A DNA stretch of 64,000 nucleotides from Nemertoderma westbladi (lineage: Eukaryota > Animalia > Xenacoelomorpha): NCBI GenBank assembly GCA_032718475.1, contig JAUCBJ010008084.1, positions 7,586-71,585 on the forward strand, in the 5' to 3' direction. Below, in pieces: positions 1 through 9,681 of the stretch. The notes beneath the pieces were generated by a model. It was not told where the DNA came from, searched no databases, and saw nothing but the letters and a program-made list of their open reading frames with translations. The position numbers were made by a program, and so were the translations under genes. Within the stretch, counting starts at the first letter, position 1. Every line of letters starts with the position of its first letter.

Positions 1-3000
1 CTCCGAGTGCGGTTCCGACAATCAGCCGAGTATGCCCCCCTGATACAATTGGACCGAGACGATGTAGATCTGAGGTGTCCGCAGTCAGACGTAAACCGCA
101 TCACCCTACTGATCGGACTTGATACACCGGAATTACAAATACCAACCGGAGATGTCGCCTGATCCATAAATAAGGATGATGGCTTTTACGCTGAACGAAC
201 AATAATGGGATGGACCCTCTGCGGCATCAAGGAAGAGACTACTGACACCTATACATACCTTCCTAAATGTCAGATTAAAGAAAATGCAACATCCGTGGGT
301 TATTGCTCAGCTACAGACCTCGATGAGGATTTATTTCTTGAGACCGAAAAAACCCAGCAAGAGATGACTAAATACTTTAATCTAGAGACCCAAGAGTTCG
401 CTGAAAAGGACAAAAACCCGTCCGAAGAGGATCGATATTGTATGGACGTCCTGGACCAGGCCACGTTCAACGACGGACACTGGTGTTCACCCATGTTGTG
501 GAAGGACCCAAATAAACCAATGGCAAACAACGCCAACATGGCCCTTAGGCGACTTAAGGGGATTCTACGGCGGCTGAATGACCAACCTGAGATAAAGGAG
601 AAATATAATACCGTAATCCAAGGATATCTCGACGACGGATTAGCAGAAATGGTACCATGGAATGAACTGCAAGGGGGTAAAAGAACATATTATCTTCCAA
701 TCCACTACGTGGTAGAAGCCCGGAAGGGTGGTAAAATCCGAGTAGTTAATGATGCCGCTGCTATGTATCAAGGCGAATCCCTGAATAGTCAGCTTTATAC
801 GGGGCCCAACATCTATAGTACACTCATTGGCGTATTGATCAGGTTCAGGGAAAACTGGATAGCATTCACCTGCGACATCAAAGCCATGTTTCACCAAGTT
901 CGTACGCTACCAAGAGACTCAGATTGTCTACGTATCCTATGGACGGATAAAATACTAACTCAACAGGAGATTAGTCAACTTACAATGAAGGATGTAGACA
1001 TAATGCGTATGATCATCAGGATCTTCGGCGCCAAGGACTCGCCGGTAGCATGTAGTGACATGCTGAAAAAGACGGCAACCATGTGCGAAAACGAATTCCC
1101 TCCTACCGTCATAGAAACCATCCGACGATGCTTCTACGTGGACGACGGATGCGCCGGCGCAGATAATGTGGACGAGGCCTATCGGCTAGCAATGGGGATG
1201 GTGGAATGTTTAAAGAAAGGGGGTTTCCCGCTCGTGAAGTTCAGATCCCACGACAAGAAACTTATGGAAAAATTTCCGGAGGACATCCGACTGGACAACA
1301 ACAAAATGTACTCAGAGGATGTGGAACACCGTGTACTCGGGATTGAATCGGACATAGAATCAGACGAATTTATTTTCAAATATAAACCCCTATCCAAGCC
1401 TATGATGAAAAGGGGATGTTTATCGATAAAAAGCGCAATCTTTGACCCACTAAATTTCATATCTCCGGTAACCTTGGCCGGAATAAACCTGATTAAAGAA
1501 ATGTGGATAGAAGGACTGGGATGGGATGAAGAACTCCCCCCACACCTCAGCGTCAAATGGAGAAAATGGACGGACCAGCTCGAACACCTACATCTTATGC
1601 GGATCCCTCGACCGTTCTTCCTCGACAAACTACCCACCGATATCTTCCAGCTCCATACCTTCTCGGATGCTTCGAATACCGGAATCGGCGTAGTCACCTT
1701 CTTACGAAGACTAAGCAACGACGGAAACGGCGATACGAGTTTTTTATTTTCTAAAGCTAAGACAGTATCCGGGGAATTCGTAGCAACGATTCCAAGACTC
1801 GAGCTACAGGCTGCAGTTTGGGCAGTGCGACAGAACCGCATGGTCATGCGGAACCTACGAATCCCCATCGAATCTCAACACTTCTGGGTCGATTCGAGTA
1901 TCGTTCTCTACTATCTCCACTCTCCATCCCGACGTCACACTACGTTTGTAGCGAACCGAGCCACGGAGATAAAACAGTGTACCGCCCGAGAACAGTCGCA
2001 CCACGTAAACGGGAAAGAAAATCCAGCGGACTTATCAAGCCGAGGCGCCACCCCAAAACAACTCAGTAAAAGTAAACTCTGGCTCACAGGCCCGGAATTC
2101 CTACAGCAGCCACAATTAACATGGAGTACCCGATTCGACCCCGAACTCGATAGCGGAAAATACTCCGAGGATGATAAAGAGATCCGTAAAGTCCATAGAA
2201 GCAACGCAGTGGAAATTTATAGCTGTCTGACTGAGCCTGCAAAGGACTCGGGCAGGCACTATAACGTTGCGACGATCATTCAACCAGTGGCGTCTTTACA
2301 TCTGTTGATCGAGCGAACTTCATCAATGAGACGGCTCATCTACCACATTATAACCCTTCGCAACTTCCTACGGTGGAAAGACAACAAGCCGATAGTTCAA
2401 CGGAGTATACAAGAACTCATTATCGCGGAGAAGTGTATCATTGGATATGTCCAGAGAGAAAGTTTCCCCGATGAGTGGGAACAACTCAGTGCGGGCAAGA
2501 CCTTGAAACCGGATAGCCCAGTCTACCAACTGAGACCAATGATGGGAGAGGACGGACTGATCCGACTGAATACCCGGATGGCAAACGCCCCGGTCGAATA
2601 TGAGGTTAAATACCCGGCGCTTCTGCCCGGAACTTCGACACTAGCCAAGCTATTAATTCAACAATGTCACGAGGAAAACCATCACGCAGGACAAAATTGG
2701 ATTATAGCTAATATAAGACAAAGATATTGGATCACACACATCCAGCCACTGATCCGGAAAGTGTTGAAACGTTGCTTTACCTGCAGAAGATATCTTGCGC
2801 CACCACTCACACAAAAGATGGCCGACTTACCAGCCACCCGTCTACAGCCCGATTCCCCACCGTTCTACGTCACCGGAGTGGACTGTTTCGGACCGTTTAC
2901 GGTCATCGAACGACGATCCAACATCAAATGCTGGGGGGCCATATTTACGTGCCTTAGGTCTAGGGCAATCTACCTAGACATTGTGGTGAACCTTACGCAA

Positions 3001-3840
3001 CACTCATTCATCAACGCTCTGCGTCGGTTCGTGGCAAGCAATGGGACATGTCGTCACATGTATTCCGATAATGGCACAAACTTTGTGGGAGGAGAAAGAG
3101 AACTTAGAGAGGCGATCGAGGGATGGTTTACCGATAACACCGCATCCCAAGTCTGGAAGGAACACTAGATACAGTGGCACTTCCAGACCCCCTTAGCACC
3201 CCATACGAGCGGGGTATGGGAGAAACTGATCGACCTAGTAAAACGATCCATGCGCGTCGCTCTAGGAGACACCCGGGTATCCCATGACACCCTCCGCACA
3301 ACATTCTGCGAGATCACGGCTACCCTGAACAACCGACCCATTGTCCCTATCCGCGACGACCCCACAGAAATGGAGCCCCTTACTCCTAATCACCTACTAG
3401 GGAGACCTAAAACTCATGTTCTCCCGGAGACAATGTTTCCGGATCCCAACGATATCGCGAGACATACAAACTGGAAGAAGTCCCAAGCGTTGGCAGCGCA
3501 TTGGTGGAGAATCTGGGCCCAGGAGTACCTCATAACCCTCCAGACCAGGAGGAAGTGGAACCACACCTACAGGAATGTCGAAGTTGGCGACATGGTACTA
3601 GTAAAAGAAGACCTTAAAGACCGCGTCCACTGGCCTGTGGCGCGAGTCGTGGCAATACAACCGAGCAAAGACGGACTTGCGAGGACTGTGACGATACGAA
3701 CGGCAAAGGGCCACTTCCAACGCCCTATCCAGAAGCTGTGCCTTCTTGAAGGCAATGACAGCGGTGACTCTACGAGAGGTGATAAAATCCCTACTCCGGA
3801 TCCTGCTGCGGACATTGGTGACAATGATAAATGCGTTTAA
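1..3840 (+). pseudogene. pol: BEL/Pao pol (RT, Pao RNase H, integrase) with two in-frame stops
   Basis: One frame from position 1: LLIGLD...MGWTLCG, YLPIHYV, RVVNDAA, DIKAMFHQV, FYVDDG, FSDAS, PRLEL, WVDS, NPADLSSRG, HHAG/CFTC, GVDCFGP, SDNGTNFVG, GVWE, LNNRP, LTPNHLL, RPIQKLCLL. In-frame TGA at 160-162 and TAG at 3166-3168; ORFs 205..3168 and 3250..3840 share this frame. Confidence 0.93.
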
Positions 3841-4132
3841 ACCCTTCTCATCCTGTTGACAAACTCTTTTAAACTATGATTTATCGACAATGAAAATGGA
3901 CCCCCCTTAAACCAACTGTAACCACGCAATGGTATTTGTGTTTCCTCGTGTGTTATGTGGAGTCCAGCGTCACCCTGCAGATGTTTCGACTGACGCAGGG
4001 TCGTTTATGTATTGTTTACCCTGATTTTGGTCATCGGGACCGACGATATTGGATTATTGGAAATGGAAAAGATTTGAAGTGGAATTCATTGTATTCATCG
4101 CAGTATGTTATGTTGTCCGTTGCGTGCGCAGT

Positions 4133-4536
4133 TCGGGGCGTAGGCGGTGTAACTAGTCCAGCTGTAGATCCCGGATTGCCGGGCAACACCCCCTCTATCC
4201 CGTTATTCTGGTGGATCCATGGTGCATCCACATGACTTCGACGATAGAGGGTTATGTTTCTCAGTCGCGTTATTCTGGTGGGACCGTTGCGTGGATTTTG
4301 GGGCGTAGGCGGTGTAACTAGTCCAGCTGTAGATCCCAGAATGTTGCGTAACCCCATCCCACATGACTTCATCGACTGAGCTTTATGTTGTTGGGAGTGT
4401 TATTCTGGTGGGTCCCTGGTGCATTCCACGTGACTTCACTTCCAGCGTCTTCATTGTCCGTTACGTGTGCAGTTTGGGGCGTAGGCGGTGTAACTAGCCC
4501 AGCTGTAGATCCCAGATTGCTGCGTAACACCCCTTC
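4133..4536 (+). repeat. Three dispersed copies of a ~60-bp motif in the spacer between pol and the accessory ORF
   Basis: GGGGCGTAGGCGGTGTAACTAGYCCAGCTGTAGATCCC at about 4135, 4300 and 4476. Confidence 0.85.
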
Positions 4537-5193
4537 CACAACAAAGATTTCCCAAAGAAGATGATTGAATGTAGTTGGAAATGATGAAAAGAATCAGACA
4601 ACCTTACTATAAACCGAATGATGACGCGTATGATGATGAAAATGTAATGATGCGCACCCTGGTGCTGCGCTTATAACAAATGATGATAGCCGGGGGGCTA
4701 TAACCCCAATGATGATGTGGAAATGTGGAAATAAATGAAATGTGAAATAAATGGTGGAAATAAATGTGTTGAAATATGTTGAAATAAATGAAATGAGATG
4801 AAATAATAATGAGAAATGAAAAAAGACAAAAAAAAGGTATAAAAAAGTCTAAAGAAAAGAATTGGAAAAAAGAAAAGGACATACTGGTTGGATATTAATG
4901 TATAGCTATAGTAACTGTAAATGCTGAATGTATTAGCAATAAGATGATAGATGCCTATATAGCAATGTTATTAATAAACTGAACTAAAAATAAAACTGAA
5001 TTATTCTGCAATCACTATAGTTTCAGACTTTCTGGACTTATAATTAACTGATCTAATTTGTAACGGATATAATCGTAAATATGGACCCAAATATATTATT
5101 GGCGAATTACGTAACACGATAGATCTACTGGAATATTCGCAACCCGGATCCCCTGACTTTGATACAAATTGGAGTACCCTGCTAAATGAGAAC

Positions 5194-7677
5194 GTGCGAG
5201 TCGTTAAATTCACCGGGCGAGAGGGACCGGATTCCAAGAATCTACGAGCCCTCCGGTTAGCCGATGCTAGTACGAGACTGAAAAGAACTCGGAACGCAAA
5301 GGCAACCGGAGGGGACGATTCGTCGTATTGGGAAACGTTCTGGCAAAGCGTCTACAGATCCCGATGTTTGATCTACGACAACGAGGGAAACGCGACGCCC
5401 ACCTCGAAAGCGATTACGTTGGCGAGATGTCAAAGTTTCGTCGACGACAAGAGTACGTACCTCGCCCACTGGGGAAACCTGTCGGAGTGTACGGCGACAC
5501 TTCGAGAGGAACGTATATCGACCATCCAGAATCGCGACGACTACCAAGAAAAGTATGGGGCGAAAGAATATGGTCGATCCTTGGTCGTCGTCCTCGGAAC
5601 CCTGGACGGTTTGGTATTGGTGTGTCGAATATTTCCGACACCCAGACAGGAAGTGCAGGCAGCCGGAGCGATCTGGTTGCTACCTCCGGAAATCCAAAAG
5701 ATCCTCTTCGACTTCGACGTCATTAAAATCGGGTTGGATATAAAGGCGGACGTCCGGAACGACTACGCGAACGCTCCTTCAGGAAGAAACCGACGAGACG
5801 ACCTCAACGCCCTTAGCCATTGCATCGACACTCAAACGCTACTAGCCTGGTTACGATTCGCCGAGTTCATGCGAGGATTCCAAGAGGTGAGACCGACGAA
5901 ATCCGGGATCGGCTACCTCGCTGTGCTAAACGGCGGCATCGACTTCAAACCCCAGAAATTCCGGGATTATAATAAAATATATGGTGGATACCCGGGATTA
6001 GAAATAAAGAGCGAGCGAGAGGGTCGATGGAAGGACGTTGACCGGAAGTGGACGATACACCAAAGGTGGGAGAATCCCGATCGACGGAACTATATCTACG
6101 TCGTTATGGAGTGCTACACCGTCGCTAAGTTTATCTGTAAAACTCTCGATAACCTCATTACGGCGGTTCCTCTTTCCTTCGTCGACTACGACTGGAACGA
6201 GGTTATAAACCACGCATTCAAAGCGGTTGAGAACATCACACCGGGAAAAACGAAAACGCTCGCCGTTATCGATTCCTGGGATGAGAGCGGACCTTACGAT
6301 ATCCCTACGATTACCGATCTTCTCGGTGCGGAGGAGCCTCTGATTTCTTCGGAAGGGGAAGAAATATGGCTACATGAGGGTGTTCTACTCTCCACCCCGA
6401 AGCGACAACTCGAGCCGGAGGCCGCTTACCAACCGGCAGCCAAACGGGTTGCCTCCACCGAACCAATGACGGAAGCGGGCGTTTCCTCACCACTCGGCTT
6501 CGGTAGCCCTGCGAGGGAGTTGGTTACTACCTTCGCGTTAAACGACTTCGGCGATACATGCCAAAGGTTATCCCCGTATCCTTTCCCGGGTGGCGAAGAC
6601 TGGTCGTCGGAGATTCCGAGTACCAGCAATCAACGGACCCGCTCAGCGATATTGGTCGAGAAGGGCCCCAGCGCTGCGCCGACTCCCGACGATCTCCTCG
6701 GAATCCCTCCGTCGAAAACCCCGGCACCTCTTCGCCGACCAGCGGTGGCTACTACACCCTCCGTTCCTCAGGATCCTATGCGACCAACCCGTTGGTACGC
6801 CGAGCAAACTGAATGGATCCACCGCCAGAAACGGTCGTCCGAGTTGAGACCGACGGGACACAAAGAAGGTTATCATAGCGAGGACCTACTACGCAAAAGC
6901 CCAGCCTTCCGCGGGCTACCGACCACCGCGAATATTCAGAAGAGCGACCGGCGACTCGAGTATTACGTCGGCGTCCCGATCCCGATATTTCCCGGTCGAG
7001 AGATGCAGTTGGAGGTGTGCGGCGACTGTGGTTCGGAGCAGTGCCCACGCGGTAGAAGGAATCGGGTTACCGATTCATGCCTCCAGCTCCTCGGGATACT
7101 TTATTGCCCTTACTGCGCGACATCGGGCCACGACGTTTCCATCTGTCCGATCCTATATAACCTCTGCACCACGTGCGGTTTCCGTGGACATTCCGCTAGC
7201 CCCCGCTGCTATATCAACTGTCCTACCAAAGACGTTACCGCTATGGGAAATATGGTCATGTTTGAAACATACGCAAACAGCCACATAAAGACCAAGGTTC
7301 AGAGAAACGCTCGGAATATCGCGCAGGAGATGGCGTGCGGGTACTTCTTCTTCCCGGAACACCTCCACACGTCGGCCACGCTACCTTTCCATTACGTGGA
7401 TCTGTTGCTGAGCGCCGGATTATTCAGCCCATTCGAAGTCATTAGACGCTTATACTCGTATAAAGAGGAGCTCGGTGACGGAGAGTGGTTCCTCGAGGCT
7501 CGCAACTCCGAGTTGGAACGACGAACCGATATGATCCCGTTGCCATCGAAAGGAAGAGCCGCCAGGAGACAAGCCGAAGCGTTGCTCACGATGGACGTTG
7601 ACGCTCCTCTACCAGCTATAGCGATCGACGAGAGCCGACGGGCGAAGAGGCGAAAGACGTATCAGAGAAAGAAATAG
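5194..7677 (+). CDS. Accessory ORF: putative DEDD 3'-5' exonuclease (WRN/EXD2/Mut-7-like), Pro-rich linker and zinc-knuckle cluster
   Basis: Uninterrupted 827 aa; the frame is open from 5044 with no early ATG. Motifs LIYDNEG (ExoI DxE), LPPEIQKIL...KIGLDIKAD (ExoII), IDTQ, SGIGYLA, W...YVVME (ExoIII-like); CGDC...C, CPYCATSGHDVSIC, CTTCGFRGH...C. Confidence 0.8.
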   Translation: MRVVKFTGREGPDSKNLRALRLADASTRLKRTRNAKATGGDDSSYWETFWQSVYRSRCLIYDNEGNATPTSKAITLARCQSFVDDKSTYLAHWGNLSECTATLREERISTIQNRDDYQEKYGAKEYGRSLVVVLGTLDGLVLVCRIFPTPRQEVQAAGAIWLLPPEIQKILFDFDVIKIGLDIKADVRNDYANAPSGRNRRDDLNALSHCIDTQTLLAWLRFAEFMRGFQEVRPTKSGIGYLAVLNGGIDFKPQKFRDYNKIYGGYPGLEIKSEREGRWKDVDRKWTIHQRWENPDRRNYIYVVMECYTVAKFICKTLDNLITAVPLSFVDYDWNEVINHAFKAVENITPGKTKTLAVIDSWDESGPYDIPTITDLLGAEEPLISSEGEEIWLHEGVLLSTPKRQLEPEAAYQPAAKRVASTEPMTEAGVSSPLGFGSPARELVTTFALNDFGDTCQRLSPYPFPGGEDWSSEIPSTSNQRTRSAILVEKGPSAAPTPDDLLGIPPSKTPAPLRRPAVATTPSVPQDPMRPTRWYAEQTEWIHRQKRSSELRPTGHKEGYHSEDLLRKSPAFRGLPTTANIQKSDRRLEYYVGVPIPIFPGREMQLEVCGDCGSEQCPRGRRNRVTDSCLQLLGILYCPYCATSGHDVSICPILYNLCTTCGFRGHSASPRCYINCPTKDVTAMGNMVMFETYANSHIKTKVQRNARNIAQEMACGYFFFPEHLHTSATLPFHYVDLLLSAGLFSPFEVIRRLYSYKEELGDGEWFLEARNSELERRTDMIPLPSKGRAARRQAEALLTMDVDAPLPAIAIDESRRAKRRKTYQRKK

Positions 7678-7842
7678 TGGATCGGGATATTCCAGGAACA
7701 TTTATTGAACATTTATTTTTATACATATATATATAAACTCTAGGCCAAATTAATTAAAACTATGCAATATTAAATTTGGGTTTTTTATATTGGGAATGAC
7801 CTACGCAAACTCAATCTACCGATAGACCTCACGAAGGTCATT

Positions 7843-7850
7843 GGGGGGGA
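7843..7850 (+). other. Polypurine tract of element 1
   Basis: GGGGGGGA followed by C and then TGTT; element 2 has GGGGGGGAG before TGTT. Confidence 0.75.
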
Positions 7851-8259
7851 CTGTTCGCGGTATTTCAACTTTTCATAACGCGAGTTGAATATTTTTTGTA
7901 TTTATTAAAAACGATTATTCCGATATCACTACTGGGTGCGGGACCATGGGTTTTGGGCACATTCTATAAACTGGGGGCGATTTATGGGCGAACTTTGGGG
8001 CGACTTACAGGGAACGGGACTAATTTCATGTTTATAAGGGCCAGGGGGGATGGAAAATTCAAGCAGTATTCAGGTTAGCCTGATTACTATTAGGCCCTGG
8101 CCAACTTCCTGCTGCCTGTAGAGGTGGATTTGGTAACGTGCCAGGCCTAAAGGACAAGGACTGCTCTTAGCAGTCCCTGGCCAACAGCAGTTATTACGAG
8201 CCTGAAAAGGACATCGGAACGCCAGCTGCTTGCGTCAGGGATTTGCGACGGGAAACGAC

Positions 8260-9268
8260 AGCCCCCTTAGCCAAGCCGTGTACTGGTTCTCGATGACCGA
8301 TCCCTTCGGGGTTCGCGAGGGGTGGGACGGACACGCGAAAGGGCGGCCGACTTACAGAGGAAGGGTTTGACAAGGACTGCCCTTAGCGGTCTCTGGTCAA
8401 CAGCAGTTATTACGAGCCTGAAAAGGACATCGGAACGCCGGCTGCTTGTACCAGGGATTTGCGACGGGAACTGACGACAGACCCCTTAGCCAAGCCGTAC
8501 TGGTTCTCGATGATCGTTCCCTTCGGGGTTCGTGAGGGGTGGGACGGACACGCGACGGGGTCGAAAGACAAAGGACTGGACTCTACTGGCCTACCGACTG
8601 TTCGGAGCAGTTTCTCGGCTGCCGAAGCGACTACGAGCCTGAAAGGGACTCGGAAAGCCTAGGTGGTTGGGTTTCTGCGATGAACCGACGGACCCCTAGC
8701 CAAGCCGTACTGGTTCTCGATGATCGAGCCCTTCGGGGTTCGGGAGGGGTGGGACGGACACGCGAACGGGTCCACCGACACGACAGACTCCTAGCCAAGC
8801 CGTACTGGTTCTCGATGACCGATCCCTTCGGGGTTCGAGAGGGGTGGTACGGATACGCGACAGAGTCTACCGACTGGACCGACCCTTAGCCAAGCCGTGC
8901 TGGTTCTCGATGATCGTTCCCTTCGGGGTTCGTGAGGGGTGGGATGGACACGCGACGGGGTCGAAAGACAAAGGACTGGACTCTACTGGCCTACCGACTG
9001 TTCGGAGCAGTTTCTCGGCTGCCGAAGCGACTACGAGCCTTAAAGGGACTCGGAAAGCCTAGGTGGTTGGGTTTCTGCGATGAACCGACGGACCCCTAGC
9101 CAAGCCGTACTGGTTCTCGATGATCGAGCCCTTCGGGGTTCGGGAGGGGTGGGACGGACACGCGAACGGGTCCACCGACACGACAGACTCCTAGCCAAGC
9201 CGTACTGGTTCTCGATGATCGATCCCTTTGGGGTTCGGGAGGGGTGGAACGGACACGCGACAGGGTCG
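8260..9268 (+). repeat. Seven copies of an ~80-nt structured hairpin module inside the LTR, including a 400-bp tandem duplication (8481-8880 / 8881-9270)
   Basis: TAGCCAAGCCGTACTGGTTCTCGATGAN5CCCTTCGGGGTTCGNGAGGGGTGGGACGGACACGCGA, with GATGA at 8292, 8509, 8719, 8814, 8909, 9119 and 9214. Confidence 0.9.
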
Positions 9269-9453
9269 ACCGACACCGACACTACGGCATCAAGACTAGG
9301 ACCGAGGGAAAATCTGGGGAACATTAGTTAGGCTAAAATCTGAGCGAACAGTGGGTAATTAAATAATATACTGTAGGGATTTATATTGTCGTGTATAATT
9401 ATTGTGAATATTTGGTGTATATTGATTTGGGGAAGCCCAAAATTACTCTCAAT

Positions 9454-9501
9454 CAGGATTGTAACAGGATTGTAACAGGATTGTAACAGGATTGTAACAG
9501 G
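9454..9501 (+). repeat. 11-bp minisatellite (CAGGATTGTAA), about 4 copies
   Basis: Direct tandem repeat read from the sequence. Confidence 0.9.
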
Positions 9502-9681
9502 GTTAACTACATTAAAGAATATATCCAACCAATGCAGCTTTTTCTCAACCGCAATCCTGCATCTAAGAAATTTCTCCTTCTCCACAATCAATATCCGGTG
9601 ACTGGCCGGGACTCCGTGGTCTGTAAAGCCCCGCCTCCAGCATCGGCGTTTTTCCCCCCTGGTGTTGGGATAACGGCAACA

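Larger units (their letters stand above)
1..9681 (+). mobile_element. BEL/Pao LTR retrotransposon, element 1 (5' part lies outside the window)
   Basis: BEL-type pol in RT-RNaseH-integrase order, then an extra ORF, a G-rich polypurine tract (PPT) at 7843-7850, and a TGTT...AACA-bounded segment that abuts the 84-bp satellite. Confidence 0.9.
7852..9681 (+). repeat. Putative 3' LTR of element 1 (~1.83 kb)
   Basis: Starts TGTT after the PPT and ends GGCAACA directly at the satellite. Termini form an imperfect inverted repeat (TGTTCGCGGTATTTCAAC vs GTTGGGATAACGGCAACA). The partner LTR is not in the window. Confidence 0.7.

Noticed and set aside
3166-3168. Programmed stop readthrough in the integrase
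   Set aside because: The stop lies in the middle of the catalytic core, a second stop occurs at 160-162, and element 2 has a sense codon at the equivalent position; ordinary decay is more likely.
4133-4536. Twister or HDV-like ribozyme in the triplicated motif
   Set aside because: I could not build the required pseudoknots or place the conserved catalytic nucleotides by eye.
5194-7677. Envelope glycoprotein or host gene
   Set aside because: No signal peptide or transmembrane segment is apparent, the motifs are nuclease and knuckle type, and the ORF is intronless and lies inside the element upstream of the PPT.
8280-9260. SECIS or hammerhead identity for the LTR hairpins
   Set aside because: An AUGA/GA core is present but the upper helix is short, capped by UUCG and lacks the apical AAR. 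There is no intact CUGANGA...GAAA core (CTACGAG...GGAAA is only a partial match).
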